Of a stretch of 64,000 nt of DNA, positions 51,788 through 62,137 are shown one piece after another. Origin of the DNA: Candidatus Poribacteria bacterium (lineage in GTDB: Bacteria > Poribacteria > WGA-4E > PCPOR2b). The stretch lies in contig OZ244587.1 of assembly GCA_965218095.1 (NCBI GenBank), positions 2,528,001 through 2,592,000 on the forward strand. Direction: 5' to 3'. The notes under the pieces were generated by a model that worked only from the letters and a program-made list of their open reading frames with translations, was not told the DNA's origin and searched no databases. Each line of letters opens with the position of its first letter. Position 1 is the first letter of the stretch. The position numbers and the translations under genes were made by a program.

Positions 51788-52849
51788 TCACGCCTTACCT
51801 CCAAACCGAACTCCCGTTGGAATCACACCCGTATCCTCGCCGCGCCCCATTGCCTCTGCGGTATCGAGGATACTTTGGAGGTCGTGTTTTGGCTGATACC
51901 CCAGCAGGTTTTTGATTTTACTGAGATCAAACTCAAAATAGTTCGACGCTGGCAATCTCGCTTCAATGTAATCCAGATTATATCGATTGGAGAGATAGGG
52001 AACAACCTCGTCCCAGGCGAACAATGCCGCGCCGCCAAGCGTAAATTCCTCGCCGATAGCCGCATCCTTTTCGAGCCCCAAAACCAACCCTTGAACGATG
52101 TCGCGGACATCGGTAAACTCTTATTTGTATGGACACCCGTTGGGATTTCGACTAAGCAGAAATTTCTCCTCGCCTGTCCAAAGCAATTTAATGGTTTGGA
52201 TCATCTCCTGTTCCGCCGGATCCTCGCCTGTTTGATCCTTATAGCACTCATACACTGGACTAAAGAGAAAGAGTTTCGGCAATCCATCTTCATTGAGAAA
52301 TTCGCCGGGTTCGATTACTGTTGCAAAACGAAAGACCGTCGTGGGGACGCCATACTGATAGTGATAGGTCATGCACAGTTCTTCGCCAATCCACTTCGTC
52401 AGGAAGTACGGCATTTGATGATAACGGCTCACCATCTCCTCGGTGATTGATTCCTCGAAGAAGCATCCTTTCTCCGTCAAACGCTAATAGATCGCCTCTG
52501 TGCAGGCATAAACCAGACGATGGAGATTCGGGAGGTCGGTGCGGATGCACTCCAGAATATTGAGCGTTCCCATCCCATTGATATTCAGGTATTGCAGGTT
52601 ATCGAACGGTACGCTAAACGCGGCGGCGAGGTGATAGATCGCGTCCATGCCTTCGACTGCCCGCTTCACATCGGCGAAGTTCCGCAGATCTCCGACAACG
52701 GTTTCGACCCGATCGTAACCATTAAGCTTGTTCGCACGACTCGCGTCACCGGGGTAAACGAAACTGCGGATGTCGTGGCCCCTAGCAAGCAGGACTTTCA
52801 CAAGATTTGCCCCGATTCTGCCTGTTCCGCCTGTGACTAAAATCCTCAT
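51788..52849 (-). pseudogene. NAD-dependent epimerase/dehydratase with two in-frame stops
   Basis: GGTGRIG, YFLTK, DVRD in one frame, broken by TAG (52484-52486) and TAA (52121-52123). Confidence 0.85.
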
Positions 52850-52906
52850 CCATCGCCTCCTTAATTTTATATCCACCCATATCTTCGTTGCGGAAACATG
52901 ATGCAT

Positions 52907-53413
52907 TCAGATTTCTTCCTCGTCATACGAATCTCCGCTTGCCGTATCAGATTCGAGCGGCGGAGGTGAAGGGCCTTCTGCTTCCCGCTTGACAAGAACT
53001 GCCCGACCGGCGACAACCAGTGAAGTCCAGCCGAGCAGTCCAACGATTGCGCCGGCGGCAGCGGCAATTCCTGCGGCTTTTCCTGTCGAGATTTTCTCCA
53101 GCGTTTTCTCATCAAACTCACAGGAGATATTTTTCGGATTTCGCAATGCAAAACCGCGTTTGTTGCCCTGATGCCAATACTCAATCGTTGGTGCGGTGTC
53201 ACCTTCCGTTTTTATGTTTCCCTTCAAGGATGGCGCGTCTACTTCTAAGGTGCTTTCGCCGCGTTCACCAACCCATACCGCTTTGGCGCCCGTAACCCCT
53301 TCCTCACCTTCAATGGATTCAAAATTGACACGCGCAAGCAGCGTATCTGTAATTTTGAGAACGATCTTTTTGAATTTCGATGCAGATAAGACCCAGTTTT
53401 CTAAACTCATCAT
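52907..53413 (-). CDS. Hypothetical protein with C-terminal hydrophobic segment
   Basis: AGGAG RBS; 168 aa. Confidence 0.55.
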   Translation of the reverse strand: MMSLENWVLSASKFKKIVLKITDTLLARVNFESIEGEEGVTGAKAVWVGERGESTLEVDAPSLKGNIKTEGDTAPTIEYWHQGNKRGFALRNPKNISCEFDEKTLEKISTGKAAGIAAAAGAIVGLLGWTSLVVAGRAVLVKREAEGPSPPPLESDTASGDSYDEEEI

Positions 53414-53860
53414 ACATTCTCCTCATTTGAAAGGTTTCTGATCCTCGGAAATTGTGTCCATTATCCCACATTTTCCGACAAAACGCAAGGACAGAAAATT
53501 GTTGAAAACAGAATCAACGTTTTTTGACACAGTGATTGAAACTATACTTCCGCATTTTTCAGGGCGACATTTTAACACCTGTGAAGTGCATTAAGTGAGC
53601 TAAAGTTGAGGGTTCGGCGCATCAAATGACAACATGACTTTCTTCAATCCCGCATGACAAGCGGACTTTCAGAAAGGGGCTGCCCCAAAAGTTGCCGCCA
53701 GACCCATTCCCAGAACTGGTGTGGATTCTAACGGTTGTTAAGAAACTAGACCAAATTCTGCGGAAGTATAGATTGAAATCTGTTCCCTACAATGCTACAA
53801 TACTACCATACACATATGCTTCTATCCTTGTTCCTTAACCAAAAAAGTGGAGGAATGATT

Positions 53861-54421
53861 ATGAATCGAGACGACGCTTTAAAACTACTCTGTGAATATA
53901 CGCAAAAAGACGGGTTACGCAAACACGCCTTCGCCGTCGAAGTTGCAATGCGTACCTACGCCAAGAAGTTCGGCGAAGATGAGGATAAGTGGGGAATCGT
54001 GGGGCTCCTGCACGATTTCGACTACGAAAAATATCCGACTCCAGATCAACACCCTGAAGTAGGGGCGAAAATCCTCAAGGAGAAAGGCTATTCCAACGAC
54101 GTGATCTACGCGATCCGGTCGCATGCGGATTACTTGGAGCTTGAGCGCAAGAGCTTGATGGACAAAACGCTCTACGCTGTCGATGAATTGGTTGGCTTTA
54201 TCACGGCCGTCGCGCTTGTTCGACCGAACAAAAATATCGCCGAAGTCAAGGTTTCTTCTGTGAAGAAAAAGCTCAAAGACAAAGCCTTCGCCCGTTCTGT
54301 CAATCGTGAAGGCATTCGAGAAGGGGCGGAAGGTCTCAGCGTCCCCCTTGATGAGCACATCGCGTTCGTGATCGACGCCATGAAAGGCATCGCCAATCAG
54401 CTTGGCTTGGCGGGTTCTTAA
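53861..54421 (+). CDS. HDIG/HD-domain hydrolase
   Basis: LRKH, GLLHDFDYE, SH, AVDELVGF, KDKAFAR. Confidence 0.9.
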   Translation: MNRDDALKLLCEYTQKDGLRKHAFAVEVAMRTYAKKFGEDEDKWGIVGLLHDFDYEKYPTPDQHPEVGAKILKEKGYSNDVIYAIRSHADYLELERKSLMDKTLYAVDELVGFITAVALVRPNKNIAEVKVSSVKKKLKDKAFARSVNREGIREGAEGLSVPLDEHIAFVIDAMKGIANQLGLAGS

Positions 54422-54424
54422 CTA

Positions 54425-54600
54425 CCTTCGCTATTTAATCATGTCAGTCGGGTGGAATGATGTGCGACGGATTCACGGTTGTCTGATTCATATTGACATC
54501 ATTAACGGGAAAGTATGGATGCAGCACGACAGAACAGAGGCTGACATTGCCCTTGAATTGGAACGGGCTGGCATCCCGGCGGAGATTCATGTAATAATCT
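54425..54600 (+). pseudogene. XisI-like fragment
   Basis: YLIMSVGWNDVRRIHGCLIHIDIINGKVWMQHDRTE..IALELERAGIP. Confidence 0.75.
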
Positions 54601-54741
54601 GTTGCCGCGCCTTTCCAACGAAAAAAGATGACAGGTTTGGCAGTTCTTAGCTTGTGAGATTATTGACAATCGTGATATAATAACCCGAGTCGATTAGCAA
54701 CCACGAACGAACTCGTCAGATCCAAACAATCAGTGCAAAAC

Positions 54742-55311
54742 ATGTCTAACCACCAATCCAGTCCTATTTACACTATCGGTTACGGCAGCCGTTCCATCGA
54801 ACGGTTTGTCGAGGTTCTGCGACAATATGAGGTCGCCTACCTGATCGACGTGCGTTCCGCGCCCTATTCGCGCTACAAGCCGGAATTTTCCCAAGCGGAG
54901 CTGGCTGACGAACTGCAACACCATGGGTTTCGCTATGTATTCATGGGCGACACACTAGGCGGCCGGCCCGACGACGAGAATTGTTACGTGAACGGGGTGG
55001 TGGACTACGAAAAGGTGAAGGCCACTGCGCTCTACGAGAACGGGATTAAACGTCTCCAAACCGCTTTCTCTCAAGGACAATGCGTCGTCCTCATGTGCAG
55101 CGAGGGAAAACCGGAGAACTGTCACCGGAGCAAGCTCATCGGAACCACACTGGTGGGTCTGGACATACCGGTGATTCACATCGATGAAAATGACGAACTG
55201 CGGATGCAGGATGAAGTCATCGATCGGCTAACCAGCGGTCAACTTTCTCTGTTTGGTGAACACACATTCCACTCGTGCAAAAAGTACGAGCGAAAAGAAG
55301 ATGAAACTTAA
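54742..55311 (+). CDS. DUF488 family protein A
   Basis: IYTIGYG, LIDVRS.PYS, LGGRP, LMCSE...CHR. Confidence 0.9.
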   Translation: MSNHQSSPIYTIGYGSRSIERFVEVLRQYEVAYLIDVRSAPYSRYKPEFSQAELADELQHHGFRYVFMGDTLGGRPDDENCYVNGVVDYEKVKATALYENGIKRLQTAFSQGQCVVLMCSEGKPENCHRSKLIGTTLVGLDIPVIHIDENDELRMQDEVIDRLTSGQLSLFGEHTFHSCKKYERKEDET

Positions 55312-55795
55312 AATTGTCACCATTGGTGTGTACGGATTTGATGAAGCCGGTTTCTTCCGGGCGCTGCAGGATGCAAAGGTGGACACCTTCTGTGACATCC
55401 GGCAGCGACGCGGCGTGCGCGGGGCGGCATACGCCTTCGTCAATAGCCAGCGTTTACAGGGACGATTGGCTGAATTGGGCATCCATTACCTGCATCGCAA
55501 GGACCTGGCGCCAACGAAATCGGTACGTGAGGTGCAAGCCGAGGCGGATAAGGTTAAGAAAACTGCTAAACGCCAGCGCACGAAGTTGGGTGAGGCGTTC
55601 ATTGAGGCGTACCAAACCGAGTGCCTGACGCACTTCAAGCCACAAAGCCTGCTGGACGACCTGGAGCCGGACGCACGGGTCGTGGCACTCTTTTGTGTTG
55701 AACGGGAACCGGGGGCTTGCCACCGGTCGCTGGTGGCGGAGGTGATAGAGAAAAAACTGAATCTGGACGTGGAGCATATCGTGCCAGCGTCATGA
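55301..55795 (+). CDS. DUF488 family protein B
   Basis: IVTIGVYG, DIRQRRG, LAPT, LFCVE...CHRSLVA; overlaps the upstream stop. Confidence 0.85.
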   Translation: MKLKIVTIGVYGFDEAGFFRALQDAKVDTFCDIRQRRGVRGAAYAFVNSQRLQGRLAELGIHYLHRKDLAPTKSVREVQAEADKVKKTAKRQRTKLGEAFIEAYQTECLTHFKPQSLLDDLEPDARVVALFCVEREPGACHRSLVAEVIEKKLNLDVEHIVPAS

Positions 55796-55888
55796 GTTGC
55801 TGTATTTTACTCGATTCTGTTTTGTGTCAAAGGCAAAAACGGCAAGAATGCCGTATTTTTCAGTTATTACGGGAATCCACCTTAAAGC

Positions 55889-56410
55889 ATGGTCATTGTC
55901 GAAACGGAGCGACTGGTCCTCAGGCAGTTTCGCCTCTCCGAATACGCGATAAATTGCGTATTCGGAGATCCGGAAGTGATGCGTTTTGGAGACGGTGTCC
56001 AGACTCCCGAATGGGTTCACGACTAGCTCTGCCGTTATCTTGAGAACTATCGGCAGAAGTCGGGAATCGGGCCGTGGGCAGTAGTCGAGAAGATCAATAC
56101 GGAAGCGATTGGCTATTGTGGCCTGTTTTATTTTCCTGACGTGTGCGGCCAACCGGAAACGGAGATCGGCTACCGGTTGGCGCGGCCCTATTGGGGGCGT
56201 GGTTACGCGACAGAATCGGCACGGGCTGTCCGCGACTATGCACTTAACACCCTGCGTTTGCCGCGATTGATTGCGATGATTGATCCATAGAATGCCGCCT
56301 CGATTCACGTAGCGGAGAAACTTGGCATGCATTACGAAAAGGACGTGATGTTTGAAGGCTATACCCATCCAGACCGCGTGTACGTGATTGAGCGCGCAGA
56401 AAGTGGATAA
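55889..56410 (+). pseudogene. RimJ/RimL-type GNAT acetyltransferase with two in-frame TAG
   Basis: ETERLVLR, EIGYRL..YWGRGYATE, N.AS..VAEKLG; TAG at 56024 and 56288. Confidence 0.85.
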
Positions 56411-56693
56411 CAAAGCGGTACATAAGGAGTAATCATGTTACTACAAGAGCTCCATATGTTGGAACCACCTTGTCAGCTCTTGCTGCTGCCGCAGCATTTG
56501 TAGTTTCAGTAATTCTGCGCAGACGAGACGAGCGACGATAGGAGATCCGCGATTGGCAACGGTAGAATGTTCTGTCATTGTCCGCCGTTTGGGACGCATT
56601 GGGCCGCAGCTATAAGCAGAGGTCGATCGGCTTCTTCGGGTGGTTTTGGCATTGTAGCAAAGAGGAAATCGGCGTGTCACGACAAAAACTTGC

Positions 56694-56769
56694 CTATAAC
56701 CAGGCGTTGCAGTTGACGGTCCGATTCTCGGGCGAGCGCGGCAGTTTGTTGGTTTTTCGTTCGTTAGTA
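56694..56769 (+). other. Degenerate attC-like site
   Basis: ctaTAACcaggcgttgcagttgac ... cGTTAGta; right arm pairs poorly. Confidence 0.4.
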
Positions 56770-56835
56770 CACGGGGTATGCGGTCGCGTGAAACGTTCAC
56801 ACGAGACAAGCGAAATTTTCACCATGAGGTCCGCT

Positions 56836-59715
56836 ATGAGGGTCCTGATTGTCGCCAAGACGCGCATGAGCAAGGGGGCGTGTATCGGCGGAATCACGCA
56901 GGATGGTCAAAGTGTTCGGCTGATTTCGGCGGATACTGACGCTCACGACAGCGCGGGCCGGGAGTATGAAGTCGGCGAGGTCTGGGAAGTTGAAGCTAAA
57001 CTGGCGGCTGATGTGATTCCACCGCACATAGAAAATATCGTCGTTTACAAAAAGCACAAGCTTCACACCCTCGAAGGCCCAGTCGCCATCATCGAACGAT
57101 TCATGTCCTCCAAAGTAGGCGGACCCGAGGTGCTCTACGAAGGTCTGACCCAATTCACGCCTACCGGTGCACTATACACCGCCGAAAGGACTGGCATCCC
57201 GCCTTACAGTACCATGTTCTGGCGACCCGATAAATCGCTAACACTCGACACGGCTGGCAAGCGCATCCGCTATCGCTATCCGACTGAAGATGGGGGCCGC
57301 ACCCTCACTTTCGTTGGCTTCCAGGAGCCGCTCAAGACGCTACCGGCAGGGACGTTGCTGCGCGTTTCGCTGGCTCACTGGTGGCGACCCGACGAAGGTA
57401 CTGACAGTGAGTATCGCTGCTTTGTACAGCTTTCGGGCTGGTTTCTGGAGGAAATCGGCAATCAAGTTGAGCAAAGCAAAATCCCGCCAAGCGGGGCAAT
57501 TAAGCAAATCCCCAATCCGCAATCAGTTGAACTGCCCACCACAGATTCCACGTCACCCCAACACCTGCTCAAAACCGTCTTCGGCTACGACGAATTTCGG
57601 CCGTTGCAGAAAGAGATCATTGACAACATCCTGGGTCAACGCGACACCTTGATTATCATGCCCACCGGCGGCGGCAAGTCATTGTGCTACCAACTGCCCG
57701 CACTACGCTTCGACGGTCTGACCGTCGTCGTGTCACCGCTCATTTCACTCATGCAGGACCAGGTGACGCAGTTGCAACAGTTGGGCACCCCTGCCGTTTA
57801 CCTCAACAGCACGCTCAATCACCGCGAATACCTTGCAACTGCCAACCGGATCAGAGGCGGCGCGGTGAAACTGCTCTACATCGCGCCGGAAACGCTCCTG
57901 CGCCCCGAAACATTGCTCATGCTCGACCGGTGTCGGCTGGACTGCTTGGCAATTGACGAAGCCCACTGTATTTCTCAGTGGGGGCACGATTTTCGCCCGG
58001 AATATCGCCAACTCGTGTCTGTGCGCGAGCGATTCCCTCACGCTGTGTGTGTTGCCCTCACTGCTACGGCAACGCCCCGCGTTCAAGCTGACATCAACGA
58101 TACGTTAGGTTTCCGCGACGAGAACAAGTTCATCGCCAGCTTTGATCGGGGAAACCTCTTTATCGCTGTTGAGCCGAAGACAGATTTACTCCGGCAGACC
58201 TTCGATTTCCTCGCCGCCCATCCCGACCAGTCGGGCATCATCTACTGTGCGACGCAACGGCAAGTAGATTCGCTGCACGCAGCACTGGTGGAGCATGGTA
58301 TCTCCGCGGCGCCCTACCATGCCGGACTGGAGGGCGAAACCCGCGAGCGCAACCAGACCGCTTTTATCCGCGACGACGTGCGGGTCATGGTTGCGACGAT
58401 TGCCTTTGGTATGGGCATCGACAAGCCGGATGTGCGCTTCGTGCTGCATGTGGATTTGCCCAAGGATATTGAATGCTACTACCAGGAAATCGGTCGCGCC
58501 GGGCGGGACGGTCTTCGGGCTGATTGTCTCCTGCTGTTCAGTTTTGGCGACGCAGGCACAATTCAACACTTCATCCAACAGGGTGCGGCGTCTGAGCGTA
58601 AGGGACGGGATGCACGTTTGCAGGCTCTGGTGGACTGGGCGACGTCGGGGGACTGCCGTCGCAGCGGACTGCTGACCTATTTCGGGGAGGTGTATGAAGC
58701 TGAAAACTGCCAGATGTGCGACAACTGTCTCAAGGGAGAAGGTGAACGGGTTGACCTCACCATTCCAGCTCAGAAATTTCTCTCATGCGTCGCGCGGACA
58801 GGCCAGATTTTCGGCATAAATCATATTATCAAGGTGCTGCGTGGTTCGCAGGCCAAAGAGGTGTTGGCGCATGAGCATAACAAGCTCTCAACTTATGGTA
58901 TCGGCAAAGCGTATTCCGCCGAACAGTGGAAACTCTTGGCGCAGCAGTTCATCCAGCAGAAACTCCTTGCGTGGGATATGAACTATGGGAGCGTTAAATT
59001 GATGAAGAAAGGGCGGGCTGTCCTCAAGGGAGAGACGGTGTGGGGTGAGCCGATAGAAACGTCAACGTATACCACATCCGGCGAGACCGCCGGATACAAC
59101 CTGGGACTCTTCGAGCAACTGCGCGCCAAGCGTAAAAAACTTGCCGACGCTGAAGGTGTCCCGCCGTACATGATTTTCTCCGACCGCGCCTTGCAGGAGA
59201 TGGCGACCTATTGCCCCCACTCGGTTGGGGCGTTTGAAAGGATGCACGGCGTTGGTGGTGTAAAAATTGAAAAATACGCTGAGGTCTTCTTACCAATCAT
59301 CCGTACCTACTGCCAGGAACATAGGCTGACGGAAAAAGCGAAATCAGCGCCTCGTTCAGTGAGTCCCTCAATACCCTCCAAATCTCGCAGCCGGGAAGTC
59401 GGAGAACGGTTTCAGGCCGGAGAATCGATTGCCGAACTGATGCAAGTCTATAGGGTGAAGCGTCAGAGGATTATATCGCACCTGAGCACGTATGCGCAGG
59501 GGGAAAATCCGTTACCGGTGGCGCGCCTACGTGCCGAGTCTCAATTGTCAGCGGAGATACAAAATCGCGTGCTGGCGACTTTTGACGAACTGAATACGCC
59601 CTTCCTACGTCCAGTTTTCGATGCTTTTGGCGAAACTGTCAGTTATGAAGAGTTGCACCTGATGCGGGTGATTTATTGGTCGCAAACTCTCGCTAGTTCT
59701 ACTGCGACATCTTAG
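56836..59715 (+). CDS. recQ: RecQ helicase with N-terminal dual-OB-like domain
   Basis: [33 protein letters not shown], Zn motif CRR..CQMCDNC, RQC, HRDC, C-terminal HTH; ~240 aa extra N-terminus. Confidence 0.92.
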   Translation: MRVLIVAKTRMSKGACIGGITQDGQSVRLISADTDAHDSAGREYEVGEVWEVEAKLAADVIPPHIENIVVYKKHKLHTLEGPVAIIERFMSSKVGGPEVLYEGLTQFTPTGALYTAERTGIPPYSTMFWRPDKSLTLDTAGKRIRYRYPTEDGGRTLTFVGFQEPLKTLPAGTLLRVSLAHWWRPDEGTDSEYRCFVQLSGWFLEEIGNQVEQSKIPPSGAIKQIPNPQSVELPTTDSTSPQHLLKTVFGYDEFRPLQKEIIDNILGQRDTLIIMPTGGGKSLCYQLPALRFDGLTVVVSPLISLMQDQVTQLQQLGTPAVYLNSTLNHREYLATANRIRGGAVKLLYIAPETLLRPETLLMLDRCRLDCLAIDEAHCISQWGHDFRPEYRQLVSVRERFPHAVCVALTATATPRVQADINDTLGFRDENKFIASFDRGNLFIAVEPKTDLLRQTFDFLAAHPDQSGIIYCATQRQVDSLHAALVEHGISAAPYHAGLEGETRERNQTAFIRDDVRVMVATIAFGMGIDKPDVRFVLHVDLPKDIECYYQEIGRAGRDGLRADCLLLFSFGDAGTIQHFIQQGAASERKGRDARLQALVDWATSGDCRRSGLLTYFGEVYEAENCQMCDNCLKGEGERVDLTIPAQKFLSCVARTGQIFGINHIIKVLRGSQAKEVLAHEHNKLSTYGIGKAYSAEQWKLLAQQFIQQKLLAWDMNYGSVKLMKKGRAVLKGETVWGEPIETSTYTTSGETAGYNLGLFEQLRAKRKKLADAEGVPPYMIFSDRALQEMATYCPHSVGAFERMHGVGGVKIEKYAEVFLPIIRTYCQEHRLTEKAKSAPRSVSPSIPSKSRSREVGERFQAGESIAELMQVYRVKRQRIISHLSTYAQGENPLPVARLRAESQLSAEIQNRVLATFDELNTPFLRPVFDAFGETVSYEELHLMRVIYWSQTLASSTATS

Positions 59716-59835
59716 CTTCGGAAGTCCGATTCAATGAGATTCGGGCATCGCCGACCAGTTTGGGTTGGCAGGGGCTTAACTGAGGGCTGGTCATAATTCG
59801 ATCCGAATTCTACCGGAGCGAGGAATGACGGTACT

Positions 59836-59859
59836 GTAGCCGAATTCGTGAGAATTCGG
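59836..59859. repeat. GTAG-type REP-like palindrome
   Basis: gtag ccgaattc gtga gaattcgg. Confidence 0.6.
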
Positions 59860-59877
59860 ACCTGCTGCAACAGAACA

Positions 59878-60142
59878 CCCCGATGACATCACCATTGCCG
59901 CCGCCATTATCGCCTTGGCGCATAGCCTGCGACCAAGGTCATCGCCGAGGGCGTTGAGACGGAACATCAACTGGCTTTCCTGCGCGGCAAGGGCTGCCAT
60001 GAGATTCAGGGCTATCTCTTCGGTTCGCCCATGTCTGCTGGTTTTTCGTCGGGTTCGCGATGAGATTCAGCAAAAGATTCAAACAGGGTTAGAGACGCTT
60101 GACCTGCCTGTGGATTCCCACTGTGAAACGCATCCAGAATAA
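59878..60142 (+). pseudogene. EAL-domain fragment joined to an ArsC-like C-terminal tail
   Basis: IIALAHSL / [24 protein letters not shown], then FRRVRDEI. Confidence 0.7.
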
Positions 60143-60153
60143 TAGAGGAAACA

Positions 60154-60987
60154 ATGCAACCTACCTTTTTAGCTATCGGTCATTTCTGCTACGATGTCGC
60201 TCCCAATGGATACGTCCTTGGTGGGGCTGCGGCTTATTCAACAATTACAGCTCGAAATCTCGGTTGCCGCGCTTGCGCAGTGACAGCCGTTGGCGCAGAT
60301 TTTGACAGACAAAATCCGATCTTAGATGGGATCGATGTCGCATACCATGATTCACCTGAAACCACTATCTTTGATAATCGGTATGACGTAGATGGTCGGC
60401 GTCAACAACTGATCTTAGGGGTTGGCGGTAAATTGCAATCGCATCACGTTCTAAGCCAGTGGAGAAATGCAGATATTGCCTACCTTTGCCCGCTTGTAGA
60501 TGAGGTGGATGCACTGATTGCCCAATGCTTCGATCATGCGTTGATTGGCGTCTCGCCACAAGGCTGGATGCGCCGATGGGATGAGAGCCATCAAGTGTTT
60601 CCCAAACGTTGGCATACTGCCGAAGCAATTCTACCGCATGCAGATGTTTTGGTCTTGAGTGAGGAGGACATCGCTGCATACCCTGAAGCGCTCGAAAAGT
60701 ATATTCAATGGACGCGAATTGTGGTGCTGACAAAAGGTAAGCATGGCGCGACGCTGTACGAAAGTGGTCAGAACTTGGAATCCAATGCCTACCCCGCAAA
60801 TGAAGTGGATGCGACGGGTGCCGGTGATGTATTTGCTGCCGCGTTCTTAATCAAATACCACGAAACGCAGTCATCACAAGCGGCGCTAAACTTTGCACAC
60901 TGTGTTGCGTCGTTTGCCGTCGAAGGGAAAGGCACAACGCGCATTCCGACCTTGGATCAGATAAATGTGCGGCTGAGAAAACTTTAG
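60154..60987 (+). CDS. PfkB family carbohydrate kinase
   Basis: LGGAAAYS, DATGAGDVFAAAF. Confidence 0.92.
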   Translation: MQPTFLAIGHFCYDVAPNGYVLGGAAAYSTITARNLGCRACAVTAVGADFDRQNPILDGIDVAYHDSPETTIFDNRYDVDGRRQQLILGVGGKLQSHHVLSQWRNADIAYLCPLVDEVDALIAQCFDHALIGVSPQGWMRRWDESHQVFPKRWHTAEAILPHADVLVLSEEDIAAYPEALEKYIQWTRIVVLTKGKHGATLYESGQNLESNAYPANEVDATGAGDVFAAAFLIKYHETQSSQAALNFAHCVASFAVEGKGTTRIPTLDQINVRLRKL

Positions 60988-60989
60988 TG

Positions 60990-61880
60990 TTAGCGACTTA
61001 GAGCATACGCCACGACGTTCATCCCCTGCTCAAACGCCCACCAACGCTGTTCTTCTCCTCCCGGTGTACACACTCTGCCTTCCCACGCGCAGTTGAGATC
61101 ACTTGGACAGAAGTAGACGACAATGCGATCATCGACCATAATTGCTTCGTCAAAATCACACACAGATGGAATTAACTTATCGCCACCGAGATATTCATTG
61201 TGGTCATAGAGTGTGTGATAAATTGGATGACTCAAATCAAGTCGCTCAAGCTTTTTGTCCGGGAAAATGCGCTTCATCAGCCGACTTATCGCAGGACGCA
61301 TCCGTCCCCAACGTCGAACATCACAATCTTCAACGTGGAGAAAGCCGCCGCGCTCCAGATACTCTCGCAGTTTTCGCGCTTCAGCATCCGAAAACCGGAC
61401 GCCCATGTGTCCCGTCATAAAGATGAAAGGATAAGCGCAAAGGCGATCAATGTCGTCCTTGAGGATCGAAATGTATTGTGGATTATCATGCAGTTCAACA
61501 TCAATCGATGTATGTTCTGCTAATACCTCTGTAAATTTGCGATCTGAGGGCCAACGTTCGTAATTCACCACATTTGTGAACCAATCGCCTCCTGGATATT
61601 TGAGTCGGACAAAGACAAATTCTTCGCCCGTCGAATCCGGCGATGGGTGGTGGTGCTCAATCCACCCATACTGGTGACCCCTGTGTGCGTCTCGTGGGGC
61701 ATCATAGGGGATGTATTCTATCAAAGGGGTAGCGTTACTTGAAGAGGCAAAGCGATCGGCGATGAGAGCCGATGCAGCGAGCCCCGCGGACCCTTTGAAA
61801 AACGATCTGCGCGACAAGCGACGAGTCGTCACATCTGACGCAGTTTTTTTTGAAGTGCTAGATAGTTTTCCGTCGAACAT
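60990..61880 (-). CDS. Tat-exported DUF4159 protein
   Basis: SRRSFFK signal; FVRLKY..GDW, YPFIFMTGH, LERGGFL.ED, NVVAYAL. Confidence 0.85.
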   Translation of the reverse strand: MFDGKLSSTSKKTASDVTTRRLSRRSFFKGSAGLAASALIADRFASSSNATPLIEYIPYDAPRDAHRGHQYGWIEHHHPSPDSTGEEFVFVRLKYPGGDWFTNVVNYERWPSDRKFTEVLAEHTSIDVELHDNPQYISILKDDIDRLCAYPFIFMTGHMGVRFSDAEARKLREYLERGGFLHVEDCDVRRWGRMRPAISRLMKRIFPDKKLERLDLSHPIYHTLYDHNEYLGGDKLIPSVCDFDEAIMVDDRIVVYFCPSDLNCAWEGRVCTPGGEEQRWWAFEQGMNVVAYALSR

Positions 61881-62137
61881 AGCTGCATTCTCCTTTCAAG
61901 ATGAAAGGACAGTATACGATCAGGGGTTGAAACCTCTTATACTACGCTGAAAATACTCTTGGATCGATTTGAAGCCGTTCAAGGGGAACGCCTTGAGAAA
62001 AAGGATGAAACCTCAGATCGCCAAGATCTCCTGGCTGTGCAGGAATTTTATCCGCAGCAGTGAAGACACATCAACCAACGCCAGCCGAAATTTCAGAATC
62101 GGCGGATGACTGAACATAACGCATTACGCTTCACGTT

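Noticed and set aside
55790-56413. 207 aa minus-strand ORF
   Set aside because: Antisense shadow of the GNAT pseudogene, which has clear motifs on the plus strand
56578-56835. 86 aa N-terminal extension of the RecQ ORF in the ORF track
   Set aside because: It runs through decayed cassette-like and attC-like DNA; domain-like sequence starts at ATG 56824/56836
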